Assembly (NCBI GenBank): GCA_019347695.1
Contig: JAHWKT010000002.1
Coordinates: forward strand, 1,824-65,823
Direction of reading: 5' to 3'
DNA length: 64,000 nucleotides
DNA from: Actinomycetota bacterium
GTDB lineage: Bacteria > Actinomycetota > Nitriliruptoria > Euzebyales > JAHELV01
Part shown: positions 61,536 through 64,000 of the stretch, piece after piece
How positions within the stretch are numbered: the first letter of the stretch is position 1
How the letters are laid out: each line of letters begins with the position of its first letter
The notes under the pieces: generated by a model
The model's database searches: none
The model's input: the letters and a program-made list of their open reading frames with translations, nothing else
What the model was told of the DNA's origin: nothing
Position numbers and translations under genes: made by a program

Positions 61536-62297
61536 CTACAGCACGTCGACGTTGTTGACGGTGATCTTGAAGTTGCACCGCAGCGTGCGGGCCGCACGGC
61601 GGCACATCACCATGCGTTCGAGGAAGATCTCGAAGTACTCCAGCACCTGGCTGATCTGCGTGTCGATGGCCAGCTCCAGGGTGATCGTGTGCGCGGCCGG
61701 GTCGACGCGCAGGAAGCTCGACTCGACGGCGTAGTTCACCCGGTCGTGGATGTCCATCTCGATCGACGCGTTCTTGCGCACCCGGCTGCGGTGGACGTCC
61801 GACTTGTCCGCCAGGATCACGGCGGCGCCGATGGCCGAGACCGACTCGCCGTAGTGCTCCTCGTGGTTGCCGACCGCGCTCATGACGTGGGCGATCTCGA
61901 CCGGTGGCACGTCGAGCTCGCGAAGCAGGTGGAACGCCACGAACGCCGACGAGATGCCGTGGTTGGTGCGCGTCACCACGTTGCCGACGTCGTGCAGGTA
62001 GCCGGCCACGGCGGCCAGCTCGGCAGCGCGCCGGTCGTGGCCCAGGAGGGTCAGGACGTTGAACGCGATGTGGCCGACGAGCATCGCGTGGCGGCGTCCG
62101 TGCTCCGTGTAGCCCTGGGCGTCGAGGAACTCGTCGGCGGCGTCGATGAACACCCCGACCGTCTCGTCGTCACGCACCCGTGCCAGCAGCGGGATGCGCT
62201 GTGTGCCGTGTTCGGGATCGACCTGCTCGTGACCGCTCTCGGTGCGTCCGCCGACGGGGACGCCGTCGTGTGTGGTGGTCAAGAGGTCGGTGTCCAC
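61536..62297 (-). CDS. HD-domain phosphohydrolase
   Basis: H...HD signature (GRRHAMLV...YLHDVGN...NHE.H). Inserted between yajC and secD. Confidence 0.7.
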   Translation of the reverse strand: MDTDLLTTTHDGVPVGGRTESGHEQVDPEHGTQRIPLLARVRDDETVGVFIDAADEFLDAQGYTEHGRRHAMLVGHIAFNVLTLLGHDRRAAELAAVAGYLHDVGNVVTRTNHGISSAFVAFHLLRELDVPPVEIAHVMSAVGNHEEHYGESVSAIGAAVILADKSDVHRSRVRKNASIEMDIHDRVNYAVESSFLRVDPAAHTITLELAIDTQISQVLEYFEIFLERMVMCRRAARTLRCNFKITVNNVDVL

Positions 62298-62307
62298 CAG
62301 ATCCGGA

Positions 62308-62634
62308 TCACTCGTCGACGACCGTGCCGGGACCCGCGTCAGCCTCGACCGCGCGGCGGGCGATCGCCTGGGTCGACACGGTCACGACGTTGGAGGGGTT
62401 GAGCTCCAGGCGGACCGTCCCCTCGTCGACCGACTTCACGACGCCGTGGAAGCCACCGACCGTGACCACCATGTCGCCGACGCCCAGGGACTTGTGCAGC
62501 TCGCGTTGGTTGCGGGCACGCTTCTGCTGCGGACGGATCAGCAGGAAGTAGAACAGCGCACCGATGATGATCAGTGGGAGCAGCCCGCCGAGGAGTCCGC
62601 CTCCTGACTGCTGCGCGAGGATGATGGTTCCCAT
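62308..62634 (-). CDS. yajC: preprotein translocase subunit YajC
   Basis: LLPLIIIGALFYFLLIRPQQKRARNQRELHKSLGVGDMVVTVGGFHGVV is the YajC signature. Confidence 0.92.
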   Translation of the reverse strand: MGTIILAQQSGGGLLGGLLPLIIIGALFYFLLIRPQQKRARNQRELHKSLGVGDMVVTVGGFHGVVKSVDEGTVRLELNPSNVVTVSTQAIARRAVEADAGPGTVVDE

Positions 62635-62723
62635 GACGCCTTCGATCTCGGACATTGATGCTGGGGGAAGCGCGAAATACCCGCGGCAACCTCCGCCTGC
62701 GGGGTCACCACCATAGCGTAGAG

Positions 62724-63785
62724 CTACTGGAACAGCGGGAACGCCGACTCGTCGCCAGCGTGCGGTTGCGGGACACCGATGTGGTCGAATGCCGCCCTCG
62801 TCGCGACGCGGCCACGCGGGGTGCGGGCGAGCATGCCCTGCTGCACGAGGAAGGGCTCGACGACGTCCTCGATCGTGTCGGCCTCCTCCCCCACCGCCAC
62901 GGCGAGCGTCGACAGACCGACGGGGCCGCCGCCGAAGTGTCGGCACAGCTGCCCGAGCACCCGCCGGTCGAGTCGGTCGAGCCCACGGTCGTCGATGTCG
63001 AACAGCTCGAGCGCACTGGCCGCCACGTCGTCGGTGATGACGCCGCCGGCCCGCACCTCGGCGTAGTCACGTACGCGTTTGAGCAGGCGGTTGGCGATGC
63101 GCGGCGTGCCTCGGCTGCGGGCAGCGATCTGCTGCGCACCGACGCGCTCGACCGGCACCCCGAGGATGGCGGCGCTGCGCAGGAGGATCTCGGCGAGATC
63201 CTCGGCGCCGTAGAACTCGAGCGTGGCAGAGTAGCCGAAGCGGTCACGCAGCGGGGAGGTGATCAGGCCGGTCCTCGTGGTGGCGCCGACCAGCGTGAAC
63301 GGTGGCAGCGGCAGGCGGATCGCGCGCGCGCCCGGCCCTTTGCCGATCACGATGTCGAGCGAGAAGTCCTCCATCGCCGGGTACAGGATCTCCTCGACCA
63401 CCCGCGGCAGGCGGTGGATCTCGTCGATGAACAGCACATCGCCGGCCTGGACGTTCGACAGGATCGCCGCGAGGTCACCGGCGCGCTCGAGCGCCGGCCC
63501 GCTGGTGGCGCGCATGTCGGCCTGCATCTCCGCCGCGACGATCCCGGCGAGACTGGTCTTGCCCAGTCCCGGCGGTCCGCTGAACAGCAGGTGATCGACG
63601 GCGCCGCCCCGCGCGCGGGCGCCATCGATCACGAGCGCCAGCTGCTCTTTGGTCCGCGCCTGCCCGACGAAGTCGTCGAGGCGCCGCGGCCGCAGCGACG
63701 CGTCGAGCTCGGTGTCACCCGCGATCGCCTCGCCGACGAGGATCTCCTGCTCGTCGGCACCGCCGGGTGTCGGCCCGCCGCTCAC
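62724..63785 (-). CDS. ruvB: Holliday junction branch-migration helicase RuvB
   Basis: [12 protein letters not shown], Walker [26 protein letters not shown]. Confidence 0.95.
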   Translation of the reverse strand: MSGGPTPGGADEQEILVGEAIAGDTELDASLRPRRLDDFVGQARTKEQLALVIDGARARGGAVDHLLFSGPPGLGKTSLAGIVAAEMQADMRATSGPALERAGDLAAILSNVQAGDVLFIDEIHRLPRVVEEILYPAMEDFSLDIVIGKGPGARAIRLPLPPFTLVGATTRTGLITSPLRDRFGYSATLEFYGAEDLAEILLRSAAILGVPVERVGAQQIAARSRGTPRIANRLLKRVRDYAEVRAGGVITDDVAASALELFDIDDRGLDRLDRRVLGQLCRHFGGGPVGLSTLAVAVGEEADTIEDVVEPFLVQQGMLARTPRGRVATRAAFDHIGVPQPHAGDESAFPLFQ

Positions 63786-64000
63786 GGCGATCCCGCCAGC
63801 ATCCGCAGCGCCTGACGCAGCAGCGCCTCGGCATCCGCATCCTCGGCGTCGCCGAGCGCGCCGATCGCGCGGGTGATCTCCGAAGGCTCGTAGCCCAGCG
63901 CTGACAACGCCAGTCGCACCTCGGCACGTGGGTCATCGCCCGGCGGCGCCACGGCGGCGTCGGCGTCGTGCTGCTCCGAGACGAGGTTGCCGCCGAGCTC
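63782..64000 (-). CDS. ruvA: Holliday junction DNA helicase RuvA, C-terminal part (runs off right edge)
   Basis: Minus strand reads ..[23 protein letters not shown].., typical of RuvA domain III. The TGA overlaps the ruvB GTG (GTGA). Confidence 0.75.
   Translation of the reverse strand, partial: ELGGNLVSEQHDADAAVAPPGDDPRAEVRLALSALGYEPSEITRAIGALGDAEDADAEALLRQALRMLAGSP

Overview
Very GC-rich (roughly 70% by eye) chromosomal segment with the gene order of a deep-branching actinobacterium. Almost every gene is on the minus strand and genes are tightly packed, often with 4-nt ATGA/GTGA stop-start overlaps. From right to left in transcription order: ruvA(partial)-ruvB-yajC-HD-secD-secF-apt-relA; a short block with two plus-strand genes (RCK_C membrane protein, MBL hydrolase, UbiA); aspS; a sugar transferase; DUF948/DUF6167; and alaS-ruvX-mltG-aroE. 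About 19 kb of type IV pilus (T4P) and c-di-GMP genes then follow (DUF4388-pilB-minor pilins-pilT-pilC, plus-strand HEAT/HD-GYP pair, pilA, an IS1634-family IS, HTH-pilMNOP-like, EAL-HDOD). Next come aroC-aroK-aroB-aroQ-efp-nusB and a complete Bacillus-style pyr operon (pyrR-B-C-carA-carB-pyrK-pyrD-pyrF-pyrE). The left end holds a vapBC pair, mihF-gmk-rpoZ-coaBC-metK-priA and def(partial). No tRNA, rRNA or CRISPR was seen. The most unusual signals are at nucleotide level. (1) A roughly 35-40 nt junction cassette occurs 5 times at gene boundaries. Twice it forms an exact 12-codon mini-ORF overlapping both neighbours by 4 nt. (2) A 39-42 nt G-rich repeat is inserted in frame, tandemly inside carB and again as the C-terminal tail of alaS. 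Other points: a canonical PyrR binding loop plus a second look-alike inside the operon, a frameshifted antitoxin now fused in frame to its VapC toxin, rpoZ with no canonical start codon available, and a PriA with degenerate ATPase motifs. All protein calls rest on motifs recognised by eye in the supplied translations. No database search was possible. Starts were refined by hand from SD spacing and overlaps and may be off by a few codons.
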